From Thermoplasmata archaeon (GTDB lineage: Archaea > Thermoplasmatota > Thermoplasmata > Thermoplasmatales > Thermoplasmataceae), in assembly GCA_021797735.1 (NCBI GenBank), contig JAJZZE010000029.1, positions 6,970-70,969 on the forward strand: 64,000 nt of DNA, given 5' to 3'. The position numbers and the translations under genes were made by a program. Positions 8,930 through 19,431 of this stretch are shown piece after piece (the stretch's first letter is position 1; the number at the start of each line of letters is the position of its first letter). Under the pieces are notes generated by a model. It saw only the letters and a list, made by a program, of their open reading frames with translations, was not told where the DNA came from and did not search any database.

Positions 8930-10362
8930 ACTACTCACTAACAAAATTACTGTTAAAAACGAGAATACCGGATATTTTCTGGATATTTTTTATACTATTA
9001 ATACCGGCATATTTCTTTATTTCCATTATGATTTATTCTATAAATATACCAAACCATCCTTTAAACACTGGATTAATCCATGTTATAATACTGGCTGTAT
9101 CAATTATTTCACTGTTTATTTTTATGCTTTCACATATAAACATAACAAAATCGGATAATGATCTTATTCTGGGAATACCTTTAAAGAAAATTAATATATT
9201 CCGGTCTTTTTATATATTGAATATTATTTTAATGCTCCCTGTTGCTGTTTTCTTAATAATATTTTCTGAATTTTTATTTTATGGTTATGATTTTTTAATT
9301 TCAATTGTTGATGCCCTAGTATTATTTTTATTATCAATCAATTTAAGTTTCATTGATAGATATTTGATAAAGGATAAAATGAAAATGGTTATACCATCCC
9401 TATTCACAATTTTTTTAATTTTACCAATTTTTATAAATTTTGGTTACAGTATAACATCAATATTTTCCGGATATATACTGAATGGAACAGTGATAGCAAT
9501 ATTATTATTTATTATAAGTTTTATTTACATGATAAAAAATACTAATAATTTAAACGTAATTTATAATGATAAAAATCTAATAAAGGAAATAAAATCCGAA
9601 AATATAGGTGGCTCACCCCTAAAGGCAATGTACTTAAAAAATACATACCTTATAAATGCGGTATATGCCTTCAACAATCTTGGAAAAACAAAGGTGTATA
9701 ATAAGAGACTAAACATAAAAAAAATTTTATATATTTTTTCGGTAATTGCAGTAATATATATCATTATAAATATACAATATTACAATACATTTATAGTCCT
9801 TTATTTCGATATATATATGGTAATTTTACTTCCACTGTATTATCAGATAGTCACAAATCCTCTGGTAATATCCCTGGAACGGCCGTGGTTATCATTAACC
9901 TCTATGGATAACGGTAAATATATACGAAATCTTGTTTTACTAAATGCCTTATCATCATTTATTGCATTTATACCTGTAGTTTTGGCCACATTTATAATAA
10001 TGATGCTGCATTTTAATAATACAACCCTTATTGCATTTATTTATTTTTTGATAGTTCCGTATATTTTATCGGTTTTTTACCTGTATATTTCGGCACTGGT
10101 ATCGCCATATCAGATAAGGGATGTAAAAGAATTTCAGCAATTTTCAATGCATACAGGTGAAAATCTGGTAAGGGCTATATTTCTTCTGATATTATTCTTT
10201 ATAACGGTAACACTGAATGGAATCACCGTATTTTTTCCAAAATTTATCGTAGGTCTTGCTGTTTATTACATGATATTAATTGTATTAACAGCAATAATGA
10301 TTAATTCAAAAAAATTATCAAATCATGTATGCAAAAGATTAATAGATTCTCATTTTGTATAG
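8926..10362 (+). CDS. polytopic membrane protein, putative permease partner of the ABC ATPase
   Basis: 4-nt ATGA-type overlap with the ATPase gene. The 478-aa product has more than 10 hydrophobic segments. Confidence 0.65.
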   Translation: MNYSLTKLLLKTRIPDIFWIFFILLIPAYFFISIMIYSINIPNHPLNTGLIHVIILAVSIISLFIFMLSHINITKSDNDLILGIPLKKINIFRSFYILNIILMLPVAVFLIIFSEFLFYGYDFLISIVDALVLFLLSINLSFIDRYLIKDKMKMVIPSLFTIFLILPIFINFGYSITSIFSGYILNGTVIAILLFIISFIYMIKNTNNLNVIYNDKNLIKEIKSENIGGSPLKAMYLKNTYLINAVYAFNNLGKTKVYNKRLNIKKILYIFSVIAVIYIIINIQYYNTFIVLYFDIYMVILLPLYYQIVTNPLVISLERPWLSLTSMDNGKYIRNLVLLNALSSFIAFIPVVLATFIIMMLHFNNTTLIAFIYFLIVPYILSVFYLYISALVSPYQIRDVKEFQQFSMHTGENLVRAIFLLILFFITVTLNGITVFFPKFIVGLAVYYMILIVLTAIMINSKKLSNHVCKRLIDSHFV

Positions 10363-11510
10363 ATTATTAACCTTATTATTGCCGGTATTATTGCTATAAG
10401 TGCTATTATCCCTATAAGCAAAAAGGCATATGAAAAATTATTGTAAATAGAGAACATAAACCCTATTATAAAAGGAGATATGGCACCGCCTATCTGGGAA
10501 CTGAAATTTAAAATGCCACTTGATGAAGAAATTTTATTATCACCGCTGAAATCGGATGCCATTCCCATTGAAGGGCCAGCATACAGCCCGTATAATATTC
10601 CCGTTATAAATGATAAATAGAATACATAATACGGTTTTGAAAACCCCAGATAAATTATTATTAACCCCAGGATTAAAACGGACAGTATTGATATAACAGG
10701 CTTTCCCTTTTTTAGTTTTGTTGATATGTACCCACCAACAGGTGAGGTTAAAATTCCACCTACAGCAGGAATAAATGCATATAAATAAACGTTTGAATAA
10801 TTTGCTATATTATCAAATATAATAAATGTAGTAAATAATGATAAAAACCCTATATATAAAAAACCTGCTGAAAATCTTATTAATGCAACGTATATAATAT
10901 CTGTTGAAATCTTTTTATTATATTCTTTATATACTTTTTCAGGATTTTTTATAAACATTATATTCATTACTGCAGTTAATAAAAGCAGTATAAAGATTAC
11001 AAGGTAGGGCAGATAGAATGAAACACTCAACGTCTCTAATATTACAAATTCACCCAGGGATGCCCCTAAAAAAAATCCGGTTTGATATATTCCAACATAT
11101 GTAGATCTTTTCCCTGTGGGTACCCATTTTTGAACTAATGATGCATCTGATATATAAACCATGGATGAGAATAATCCCAGAAAAAACTGTATAATGAATA
11201 TGATATAATATGACGATTTAAAAAAATAAAGCAATGTAAATATTAATGTTAATGCTATAAACGAAAGCTTGTTTGTTTTGGCTATTCCGTATTTATCTGA
11301 TATTATTCCGGAAGGCATTTGAAAGAGTGTATAACCTATCCAGTAAGATGTAATTAATAATGAACCGGCATAAACACTTATATTTAATGATATTATTAAA
11401 AATGGCAATAATACAGGTATAAAAAATCTAACAGAAGAATTGAGAAAGAATGATATAAGGCTCGAAATTAATATTTTATTATAAGGTTTACCGTAATGCA
11501 TATTTCTCAT
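10350..11510 (-). CDS. MFS transporter
   Basis: About 12 TM segments and a GxxSDKYG loop motif between TM2 and TM3. Confidence 0.8.
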   Translation of the reverse strand: MRNMHYGKPYNKILISSLISFFLNSSVRFFIPVLLPFLIISLNISVYAGSLLITSYWIGYTLFQMPSGIISDKYGIAKTNKLSFIALTLIFTLLYFFKSSYYIIFIIQFFLGLFSSMVYISDASLVQKWVPTGKRSTYVGIYQTGFFLGASLGEFVILETLSVSFYLPYLVIFILLLLTAVMNIMFIKNPEKVYKEYNKKISTDIIYVALIRFSAGFLYIGFLSLFTTFIIFDNIANYSNVYLYAFIPAVGGILTSPVGGYISTKLKKGKPVISILSVLILGLIIIYLGFSKPYYVFYLSFITGILYGLYAGPSMGMASDFSGDNKISSSSGILNFSSQIGGAISPFIIGFMFSIYNNFSYAFLLIGIIALIAIIPAIIRLIIYTK

Positions 11511-11607
11511 TTAAAGTTAATAATTTAATCGTAAATAAATATTATATAATGGAATATTCTCTTAAAAGCTAAAAAAAGTATTAAATACAGATGTAATATA
11601 ATAAACT

Positions 11608-11793
11608 ATGATAAATAACATCGAGGTATGTCCGCACTGCAGTAAAAAAATGGAGTTAAAAACGGCGCCATATAATGATAACGGTAAAACTCTGGGCAAT
11701 TTTGAAGCCTATGTATGCCCCTCATGCGGTAGAGTTTTCTATACAGATAACGGCTATAAGGAATTAACAAAACATATAATGAAAAAGAAATAA
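11608..11793 (+). CDS. YgiT/MqsA-type zinc-finger protein (61 aa)
   Basis: CPHC...(24 aa)...CPSCG with a YTDNGYKEL tail, matching the layout of the YgiT-type zinc-ribbon domain. Confidence 0.6.
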   Translation: MINNIEVCPHCSKKMELKTAPYNDNGKTLGNFEAYVCPSCGRVFYTDNGYKELTKHIMKKK

Positions 11794-11852
11794 TATTATG
11801 TTTTTTAAATAAGTTTTATATTCTTTTTATAATACTTTAATAGGTGTTTTAA

Positions 11853-12800
11853 TTGGAAAAGATAGGTATAATTGGTGCAGGTGCAATGGGTTCTTCCATT
11901 GCAGAGGTGTTTGCATATAACGGTTATGATGTTTATCTAAAGGATCAGAATATGGATCTGGTAAACAGGGGCATCAGTAATATAAAAAGAATATTAACAG
12001 ATTTTCAATCTTATGTGAATACACTGCCGGATAAGGAAATAAAAAGAATAGAAAAACTCGGAATAAAATTAAGCGATGAGCAGGTCAATGCAGTAAATAA
12101 AAATCTTGGAGGGGATATTAAAATAGAGGAAATAATAAGCCACATAAAACCGGTTGATGATTATAATAAATTAAATGATGCAGACCTTGTAATAGAGGCA
12201 GTATTCGAAAAGCAGGAAATAAAGAATGACCTGTTTAAGGAATTATCAAAACATTTAAATGAAAATACAATTTTAGCATCGAATACATCATCTTTAAGCA
12301 TAACAGAAATGGCATCGTATTATAAAAAACCTGAAAATGCACTGATAACACATTTTTTTAACCCGCCATATACGTTGCCTCTGGTTGAGATAGTTCCAGC
12401 TATACAGTCATCAGGCAGTACTGTAGATAAGGCATATAATATAATCTCAAAAATGAAAAATCACAGGGATCACATGGTTCCGGTTAAGGCAAAGGAAAGG
12501 GCAGGTTTCATAGTTAATAGAATTTTAATACAGATTATAAACGAGGCTATAAAAATCTCGGAGGAAAACATAGCAGATGAGAAAAGTATAGATATAGCAA
12601 TGAAAAAGGGTGCCGGCTTTCCAATGGGCCCATTTGAATTAGGGGATTATGTGGGTTTAGATATAGTATACGATGTATTAAAAACTTTTAATAAGGTCTA
12701 TGGAGATAAATTTTTAATTCCTGAAAGATTAAAAAACATGGTAATAGCTGGATATCTGGGTAGAAAAACTGGCAGAGGCTTTTATGAATATAAAAAGTAA
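11853..12800 (+). CDS. hbd: 3-hydroxyacyl-CoA (3-hydroxybutyryl-CoA) dehydrogenase
   Basis: TTG start, Rossmann motif IGIIGAGAMGSSIA, NTSSLSIT block and a C-terminal dimerisation domain (GFIVNRIL, GPFELGDYVGLD). Confidence 0.9.
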   Translation: MEKIGIIGAGAMGSSIAEVFAYNGYDVYLKDQNMDLVNRGISNIKRILTDFQSYVNTLPDKEIKRIEKLGIKLSDEQVNAVNKNLGGDIKIEEIISHIKPVDDYNKLNDADLVIEAVFEKQEIKNDLFKELSKHLNENTILASNTSSLSITEMASYYKKPENALITHFFNPPYTLPLVEIVPAIQSSGSTVDKAYNIISKMKNHRDHMVPVKAKERAGFIVNRILIQIINEAIKISEENIADEKSIDIAMKKGAGFPMGPFELGDYVGLDIVYDVLKTFNKVYGDKFLIPERLKNMVIAGYLGRKTGRGFYEYKK

Positions 12801-13868
12801 TCAGTAATCGTTTTTTATAATATTTATTTTTATATTTAACCTGTTTTCTGTATATTTATTCAGATTATCTATTATTATTTCATTTAATTTATTTAAAAAT
12901 TTGTCATCATAATTTATTATATTCATTATATTTAATACGGTATTTGACCTTTTTATTTTTAATATTAAATCATCATCATAATGTAATTCACTGGCTATAT
13001 TTGCAAGAAAATTAAAATCTACTTTACTTTTAGATGAATGTAAATCCAAATAACCATATGCAAGTTTTGATAATTTTCCAGGCATCCCTGCTATTATAAC
13101 ATTATCTATATTATTATCAATGCATCTTTTTAATGAAAACCCTATAAAATCACCTATTTCTATAAACTGTTCTTCACTAAAATTATTATATATTTTTTTT
13201 ACGGCATCATCGCTTCTGCCACCGGTGCTTAAAACCAGGGTATTGATATTAGCCTTTTTTGCAACCCTTATTGCCAGAACTATCGATGCTTTCCATGATG
13301 AATCCGAAAATGGTATAACTATACCTCTTGTGCCCAGTATTGATATTCCACCCATAATGCCTAATCTGGGATTGCATGTTTTTTTAGCCACCTCCTCACC
13401 GCCGGGAACAAATACTGTTACTGTCACACCCCTGTTAATATTATATCTATCTAAAACCTCCTTTACTGCATTATTAATCATTTTCAATGGCACCGGATTT
13501 ATTGCAGGATTTCCGGGTTTTATGGGCAGACCATCCTTTGTTACTGTGCCAACACCTGTGCCCCCATTTACCATTATTTTATTACTGTCATTAAAACAGA
13601 CCCTTGAATATATCAGTAACCCGGTTGTAACATCAGGGTCATCGCCACCATCCTTTAATGTTGCTGCAATTGCATAATCATTATGAATTATTAATCTTTT
13701 TATTTCAAAATTAACAATTTTTTTAACAGGCAATTCTATTTCTATATTTTTCAATTCATTTTTTGTTATCAATGAAGTTAATGCCGCTTTTGTGGATGCA
13801 GTAGCACATGAACCTGTTGTATATCCGAATCTCAAATTCCTTTTATCTGGCACATTTTCAGTATACAT
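12801..13868 (-). CDS. cbiD: cobalt-precorrin-5B (C1)-methyltransferase
   Basis: N-terminal RFGYTTGSCATA motif and GGxGVG block typical of CbiD. Confidence 0.9.
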   Translation of the reverse strand: MYTENVPDKRNLRFGYTTGSCATASTKAALTSLITKNELKNIEIELPVKKIVNFEIKRLIIHNDYAIAATLKDGGDDPDVTTGLLIYSRVCFNDSNKIMVNGGTGVGTVTKDGLPIKPGNPAINPVPLKMINNAVKEVLDRYNINRGVTVTVFVPGGEEVAKKTCNPRLGIMGGISILGTRGIVIPFSDSSWKASIVLAIRVAKKANINTLVLSTGGRSDDAVKKIYNNFSEEQFIEIGDFIGFSLKRCIDNNIDNVIIAGMPGKLSKLAYGYLDLHSSKSKVDFNFLANIASELHYDDDLILKIKRSNTVLNIMNIINYDDKFLNKLNEIIIDNLNKYTENRLNIKINIIKNDY

Positions 13869-14451
13869 TTTTTATCAGCTCGTTTATTATTGCAACTGCT
13901 GTCGGTGTCCCACCTTTTCTTGTCATATTGGTAATAAACGGGTAATTAATTTTTAATAATTTATATTTGCTCTCAATAGCGTTTACAAAACCCACAGGAA
14001 CGCCTACGACCAGCGATGGCCTGCAGTTATTATTTTCTATTTCCTCAATCAATGATAATAAAGCTGTGGGTGCATCTCCTATTACAAATATGGCATCATT
14101 ATATAATTTTACTGCCTTTTTTATTGCAAGGTATGACCGTGATATTTTACTACTTTTTGATTTTTCAATTACATCCCTATCATTTATAAAGCATTTTACA
14201 TTTTTATATCCTGTTATTCCAGATTTAACCATATTTATATCTGTAATTATTGTTATATTATTTTTTAAATTACTGACAGCCCTGTCCGGATTATTACCAA
14301 ACATTAATGACCTTCCAATATCATAATCGGCAGTTGCATGGATAACCCTTACAGTTATATCTGATTTCAATGAATTATCTAAATTTAACTGGTTCCTTAT
14401 TATATCAAAGCTTTTTTTATATATTTCTTCAGGATTTAATATTTTTATCAC
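13858..14451 (-). CDS. cbiC: cobalt-precorrin-8 methylmutase
   Basis: 197 aa with VIHATADYD and IGDAPTAL blocks of CbiC/CobH. It overlaps cbiD by 11 nt. Confidence 0.85.
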   Translation of the reverse strand: MIKILNPEEIYKKSFDIIRNQLNLDNSLKSDITVRVIHATADYDIGRSLMFGNNPDRAVSNLKNNITIITDINMVKSGITGYKNVKCFINDRDVIEKSKSSKISRSYLAIKKAVKLYNDAIFVIGDAPTALLSLIEEIENNNCRPSLVVGVPVGFVNAIESKYKLLKINYPFITNMTRKGGTPTAVAIINELIKNVY

Positions 14452-15190
14452 CTTTTAAAATATTAATTACTTCATTATAATTATATGCTATATTTTTATA
14501 ATTATATTTTTTCCTTTTTATTATAATTGCTTTAATATTATTTTCTATCGCTGCCCTTATTTTTGTGTCTGCATCAAAACCACTATCCTTTGTTATCAAT
14601 GCACCTATTTTATAATTTTTATATATAGCCCTATTCAATTCAATGTTAAACGGCCCCTCCATTGCTATTATGTTTTTCATTTTCACACCCATGGCAGATA
14701 ACAATTTAATGCTATCAGGCTCTGGCAGGATTCTGAAATAAACATTTTTTATTTTAATTATATCCCTGAAATATTCTACATTTTTAATGCCTGTTGTTAC
14801 AAGTATATTATCTGAATTTATTTTTGATACCTCTTTTACCGCCCCATCATAATTATCTACGTATGTTATGCTGCCATTTTCATAAACTATTTCTGGTCTT
14901 TCATATCTTATATGCAATATTTTTAACTTCTCTGCAACTCTTAATGAGTTTTCATGTATTGAATATGCATACGGATGTGTTGCATCTATTACTGTATCTA
15001 CCTGTAATTCTTTACACCTTTCCAGTAAATCATTATATAACAGTTTCTTATTTATTGTTTTTATGTTATTATTTATCAGTTTATCCGCGCCCTCATCTGT
15101 AGTTGCTGTCGCTACCAGGTCATACCCATTATTTTTCAGGAATACGGCAAGGTTTCTTGAATCAGAAGTACCATCAAGCAATAAAATCAT
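14429..15190 (-). CDS. cbiJ: cobalt-precorrin-6A reductase
   Basis: N-terminal ILLLDGTSDSRNLA and C-terminal LITKDSG blocks typical of CbiJ/CobK. It overlaps cbiC by 23 nt. Confidence 0.8.
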   Translation of the reverse strand: MILLLDGTSDSRNLAVFLKNNGYDLVATATTDEGADKLINNNIKTINKKLLYNDLLERCKELQVDTVIDATHPYAYSIHENSLRVAEKLKILHIRYERPEIVYENGSITYVDNYDGAVKEVSKINSDNILVTTGIKNVEYFRDIIKIKNVYFRILPEPDSIKLLSAMGVKMKNIIAMEGPFNIELNRAIYKNYKIGALITKDSGFDADTKIRAAIENNIKAIIIKRKKYNYKNIAYNYNEVINILKGDKNIKS

Positions 15191-15324
15191 ATAAATGTAT
15201 TAATATTAACCTATTAATTTTTATTAATTTATGTTTCAATAATAATTATTTTTTTTGCTGTACAGGCAGTAATCTATTAATTTTTATAAAAAATTTATTA
15301 TAATATAAAATGTATAAAATTATT

Positions 15325-16605
15325 TTACCTGGAGTGCTTTACAAATAGAACAAGTATTCCGGCAAACAGGGCAAATATGGCCATTGCATAAACGCCATCT
15401 ACAAATGAGTGTGTATAGCTTTCCAGACCACCAACCAGTAGTGGCCCTACTATGCCCCCAAGATTCCCGAGGCCGTTTATCATTCCTATTGACGCTGCGG
15501 AACTTTCCCTGGTTAATGATTCCTGTGGAATATTCCAGAATATGGGTAAAAATGAAAATATTCCTATTGCTGAAATTGTGAAGAATATAAATGAAACCAC
15601 AGCATTGGATATCAGAAATGCGCTCAGTGTAAGTCCAGCAAAGGCCACAAAGAATATTATTGCAGTTAATACTTTTCTGTTTCCCCTTTTATCAGAATAT
15701 CTTAATATAAATATCAGAGCTATGGAGGCAGCAATATATGGAATATCGCTTAAAAAGCTCGATCCTGCAGCGCCTAAATGTGTAAACGACTCTATAATGG
15801 ATGGTAACCAAATAGCATAACCATATAAGCCGGTAACGCCTAAAAAGTAAACAGCCGTCAGCAGTAAAACATCCGGTTCTGTTAATGCCTTTTTCCAGCT
15901 CATTTTCAATGGTTTTTCTTTTTCTTCTTTATCAAGTGCACCCTGTAAAGAATCTCTCTCCTCCTTTGTTAACCATTTTGCATCCTCAGGAAAATCTGAT
16001 AAAACCACCCATAATATTACAACGGATATTAAAGCCAATACCCCCTCATATATGAATAGATATCTCCACCCCGGATTATCTCCATAAATGGTAAACAGTC
16101 CACCTGCTATTAAACCGCCGAATATACCTGCAACAGGTATTGCTGCATTGAAAAATGAGTTTGCAACCCCCCTTTCAGATTTTACAAACCATATGCCCAT
16201 AAAGAACATTGTGCCTGCATAAAATGGGGCTTCAGCAAACCCTAAAATAAATCTTAATGCATATATTTCAGGAATATTCTGAACAAAGCCGGTAACTATT
16301 GTTATTACTCCCCAGGATCCAAACGCAAGTGCAAATATTTTCCTGACACCAACATTATTTATTCTTAATGTTGTAAATACCTGTGGTATGGCATACGCAA
16401 CAAAAAATAATGCTGAGGCTATTCCAGCTATAAGACCAGCACTGGACGCAGGTGCTCCTATATCTTTAAACATACCTGCAGCTATACCATATGATAGGTT
16501 GACTCTATCAAGGAAGTTTATAACATATAGAAAAAACAGTATAGGTGCAAGTCTAATATATCTCTTCTTTAAAGATAACTTAACATTGCTATTTATATTT
16601 TCCAT
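15325..16605 (-). CDS. MFS transporter (anion:cation symporter-like)
   Basis: 12 TM segments; the N-terminal FLDRVNLSYG motif is typical of the ACS subfamily. Confidence 0.85.
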   Translation of the reverse strand: MENINSNVKLSLKKRYIRLAPILFFLYVINFLDRVNLSYGIAAGMFKDIGAPASSAGLIAGIASALFFVAYAIPQVFTTLRINNVGVRKIFALAFGSWGVITIVTGFVQNIPEIYALRFILGFAEAPFYAGTMFFMGIWFVKSERGVANSFFNAAIPVAGIFGGLIAGGLFTIYGDNPGWRYLFIYEGVLALISVVILWVVLSDFPEDAKWLTKEERDSLQGALDKEEKEKPLKMSWKKALTEPDVLLLTAVYFLGVTGLYGYAIWLPSIIESFTHLGAAGSSFLSDIPYIAASIALIFILRYSDKRGNRKVLTAIIFFVAFAGLTLSAFLISNAVVSFIFFTISAIGIFSFLPIFWNIPQESLTRESSAASIGMINGLGNLGGIVGPLLVGGLESYTHSFVDGVYAMAIFALFAGILVLFVKHSR

Positions 16606-16775
16606 TATCGGTTAACACATAGTTATATATAAATATTATACATTGCTATATATTTAAATTATATAAACTAATTTAATTCTACTATTATCTTTATTATAAA
16701 ACATGGTCAAATTTTATAATATAATGAATAATATCTGAATATACCAGTACCTTTACGATCATCGGAGTAGAAAGC

Positions 16776-17104
16776 ATGCGGATTAAGTATGAAATGGATG
16801 CAAAATATAAGTATACGCAACACGCAGTAGAAGAAAACACAATCGTACAGAATAAAATACAATCACGGGATGGGCAGAAAGTCATGCATCATAGACACAG
16901 TATTATGAAAAAACTGTTTAATTATATATTTCCAAATAGCACGGGCAAATAATTTTATATTATCAGGAGTATTAATCAATTATGAAATTCACCCATAAAA
17001 CTATTAAATACAGTGGTGCAACCCTGTTTCACTTTCGTGGCGGAAAAATCTCAGAGATATGGGTTCTCTGTGATGTTTATGGATTTCTAACAACAGTTGC
17101 ATAA
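16776..17104 (+). pseudogene. possible remnant of a SnoaL-like ester-cyclase gene
   Basis: A 40-aa ORF at 16982..17104 (MKFTHKTIKYSGATLFHFRGGKISEIWVLCDVYGFLTTVA) resembles only the C-terminal strand region of SnoaL-like cyclases (..IFR..DGKI.E.W...D..G...). A 58-aa ORF at 16776..16952 lies upstream in another frame. No full-length gene is present. Confidence 0.3.
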
Positions 17105-17908
17105 TTAATAGTATTTGTCCATATCGAGTTTATTGATTAATGGTTTCTCCACTGTACCATAAACCTCACATAAAACATTTTTATCATCATGATTAAAAAT
17201 CATTAAAATTTTCTCCCTAATAACCTTATTTAATAATTTTTTCTTCATTTTCAGCGAATTTAGGGGATAAGAATCCAGTGCAGTTAGATAATACGGTTTT
17301 ATATGAAATGCCGAGGGAAATAAATCTCCGCCGTATAGATATTTTTTAGAATTAATTTCAAACAGAATAACCTCATGGCCTTCGGTATGGCCAGAAGTAA
17401 ATATTACATTTATATTACCGCTAATCCTCCTTGAGCCATCAACTAAAATCATTTTTTTATTCATCCTATTTTTAATGTAACTGCCCCTGGTAAAATCATT
17501 TGGTTTTCTAAATGCGTTTAATTCCCTTTTCTGTAATATTATCTCTGTTTTTTTAAAAATATTATTTTTTGAAAATGTATGGCCGCTGTGGTCAAAATGC
17601 ATGTGCGACTGTATTATTAAATCAATGTTTTTCACACCATAATCCCTTAACTGGTTTTCTACATCATGATTTTTTTCAGGCCTAAAATTTTTAATAAATC
17701 TTTCAGAAAAATTATTGCCCATCCCGGAATCTATCAGAATATTTTTATTATTAATTTTTAAAAACGGGATATTTGTTGTATTCCTTATTTTGTTATCGTT
17801 ATCGTTAAAATATTTTGACCATAAAACCTTTGGGACTATGCCACAGTAAGCACCGGAATCGATATCATATGAACCATCATTTAAAAAGTACAATTCATCC
17901 ATAAACAT
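17105..17908 (-). CDS. MBL-fold metallo-hydrolase
   Basis: HMHFDHSGH motif, later SGHTEGH and GGD blocks. It is the last gene of the etf-fixCX string. Confidence 0.8.
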   Translation of the reverse strand: MFMDELYFLNDGSYDIDSGAYCGIVPKVLWSKYFNDNDNKIRNTTNIPFLKINNKNILIDSGMGNNFSERFIKNFRPEKNHDVENQLRDYGVKNIDLIIQSHMHFDHSGHTFSKNNIFKKTEIILQKRELNAFRKPNDFTRGSYIKNRMNKKMILVDGSRRISGNINVIFTSGHTEGHEVILFEINSKKYLYGGDLFPSAFHIKPYYLTALDSYPLNSLKMKKKLLNKVIREKILMIFNHDDKNVLCEVYGTVEKPLINKLDMDKYY

Positions 17909-17945
17909 AAAATAGGAAATAAAATATTAATATTTCGGGTAGAAC

Positions 17946-18233
17946 TTATCCGTATCTAAGTGCTATGCCCTTTCCGTATCTCGGATATTTCCATAAGATA
18001 TTTTCATAGGGGCATGCTATTCTGCACGCACCACATTCTACACAGTTTTCATAGCCTATTACCATTTTATTATTCTGCCATGTGTAAACATTGGCCGGGC
18101 ATATTGAAGCACATGGTTGTGGTTCTCCATACTCCTTTTCACATTCGATGCATTTATTTCCATCCTCTATGACAAGATGTGTTTCATTATCCTTCTTATA
18201 TCTTAATGTATATAATTTCTCCTCTGTTCTCAT
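17946..18233 (-). CDS. fixX: ferredoxin-like protein FixX
   Basis: 95 aa with the Cys pattern CxxC...CxxxCP plus CxxCxxCxxxCP and the end WKYPRYGKGIALRYG, typical of FixX/YdiT. Confidence 0.85.
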   Translation of the reverse strand: MRTEEKLYTLRYKKDNETHLVIEDGNKCIECEKEYGEPQPCASICPANVYTWQNNKMVIGYENCVECGACRIACPYENILWKYPRYGKGIALRYG

Positions 18234-18237
18234 TTCT

Positions 18238-19431
18238 TCACCTCATTTTAAGTACGAACCCCATTAAATCAGGTATTACATTTCTATAATTACTGACCAT
18301 TGTATTACGCATTCCAAACATATTGCCTGAAGCCCAGTTATTTAGCATTGATGAAACCATTTCTATGTACTCCTTAGCCCTGTCTCCTGACATAAATTCT
18401 GATTCAAGTTTTCTCTCCTTTGCAATTTTTGATATTTCCGGGTTTTTCATTAATTCATATCTGTATGTTGCTGAATCGAGGTTGTAAACTGCTGCACTTC
18501 CTGCTATTGTTCCAGAAGCTATTGCAGGGCTTATTCCATCAAACGTCAGTGGATCAACTAATCCCAGTGCATCACCGCAGAGGTAAACATTGCTTTTTGA
18601 TACGTTTATATCCGGGAAACCACCTTCAGGTATAACCTTTGCAGAATATTCCCTTAATGAATAGCCCTTAACCATATCTGACAATCCGGTTTTATCCATG
18701 AAATCATCTAAAAGTTTTTCTGGCCTTATTTTTCTCTCAACCAGCTGATTTATCGGTGAACCTATGCCTATTGATACACTATCCTTATATGTGTATAAAA
18801 ACCCTGCAACCAGCGGATCCGTCATTATATATCTCCACGCTACTCCAGAGCTTTCATTTTTCGTATTAAACATTGAATTTATATCCTCTTTTTTTACGGA
18901 ATAAACTACCTTTACTGTCTCCACCGCATTTTCAGGTGTTAAATCTGATTTTATCTTTGACTCCATCGATACCAGTGAATTAACGCCTTCAGCCAAAACA
19001 AAGGATTTTGCAAATACCTCTCCCCTGTCTGTTGTTATCGATTTTGCAACATTATTCTCCCAGTTTAATTTTAATGCAGTTGTTTTGGGTATTACCATGG
19101 CACCGGCATTTTCAGAAACCGATGATAGCCACTTATCAAACTTTAACCTTCCAGTGGTAACAAGGTTATCCGGGCTGAATTCTATGCTTACTGGTTTATC
19201 CTTATCATATAATGATAACTTTATTTTATCTACATTCCTTTCAAACGGTACTCCTTCACCAAATACCGATGTTACATAATCCTTTCTTATCATCGCACCT
19301 GATACATTCTTTGATCCGGGTTCAGGGCCTCTCTCCAGAACCAGAACCTTTTTACCGGATGAGGCCGCTTTTAATGCAGCAGCTGAACCTGATGGACCTG
19401 CACCTACTATAACAATATCATATTCAAGCAT
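18238..19431 (-). CDS. fixC: FAD-dependent oxidoreductase FixC (ETF:quinone oxidoreductase-like)
   Basis: N-terminal YDIVIVGAGPSGSAAA dinucleotide fold; CGDALGLVDP block; lies next to fixX and etf. Confidence 0.85.
   Translation of the reverse strand: MLEYDIVIVGAGPSGSAAALKAASSGKKVLVLERGPEPGSKNVSGAMIRKDYVTSVFGEGVPFERNVDKIKLSLYDKDKPVSIEFSPDNLVTTGRLKFDKWLSSVSENAGAMVIPKTTALKLNWENNVAKSITTDRGEVFAKSFVLAEGVNSLVSMESKIKSDLTPENAVETVKVVYSVKKEDINSMFNTKNESSGVAWRYIMTDPLVAGFLYTYKDSVSIGIGSPINQLVERKIRPEKLLDDFMDKTGLSDMVKGYSLREYSAKVIPEGGFPDINVSKSNVYLCGDALGLVDPLTFDGISPAIASGTIAGSAAVYNLDSATYRYELMKNPEISKIAKERKLESEFMSGDRAKEYIEMVSSMLNNWASGNMFGMRNTMVSNYRNVIPDLMGFVLKMR

Noticed and set aside
13120-13677. 185-aa plus-strand ORF, and 13967-14326
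   Set aside because: They are antisense to cbiD and cbiC.
16694-16885. 63-aa minus-strand Cys-rich ORF
   Set aside because: It lies in the decayed spacer, antisense to the 58-aa plus-strand fragment. It has no promoter context and irregular Cys spacing. I treat it as non-coding.
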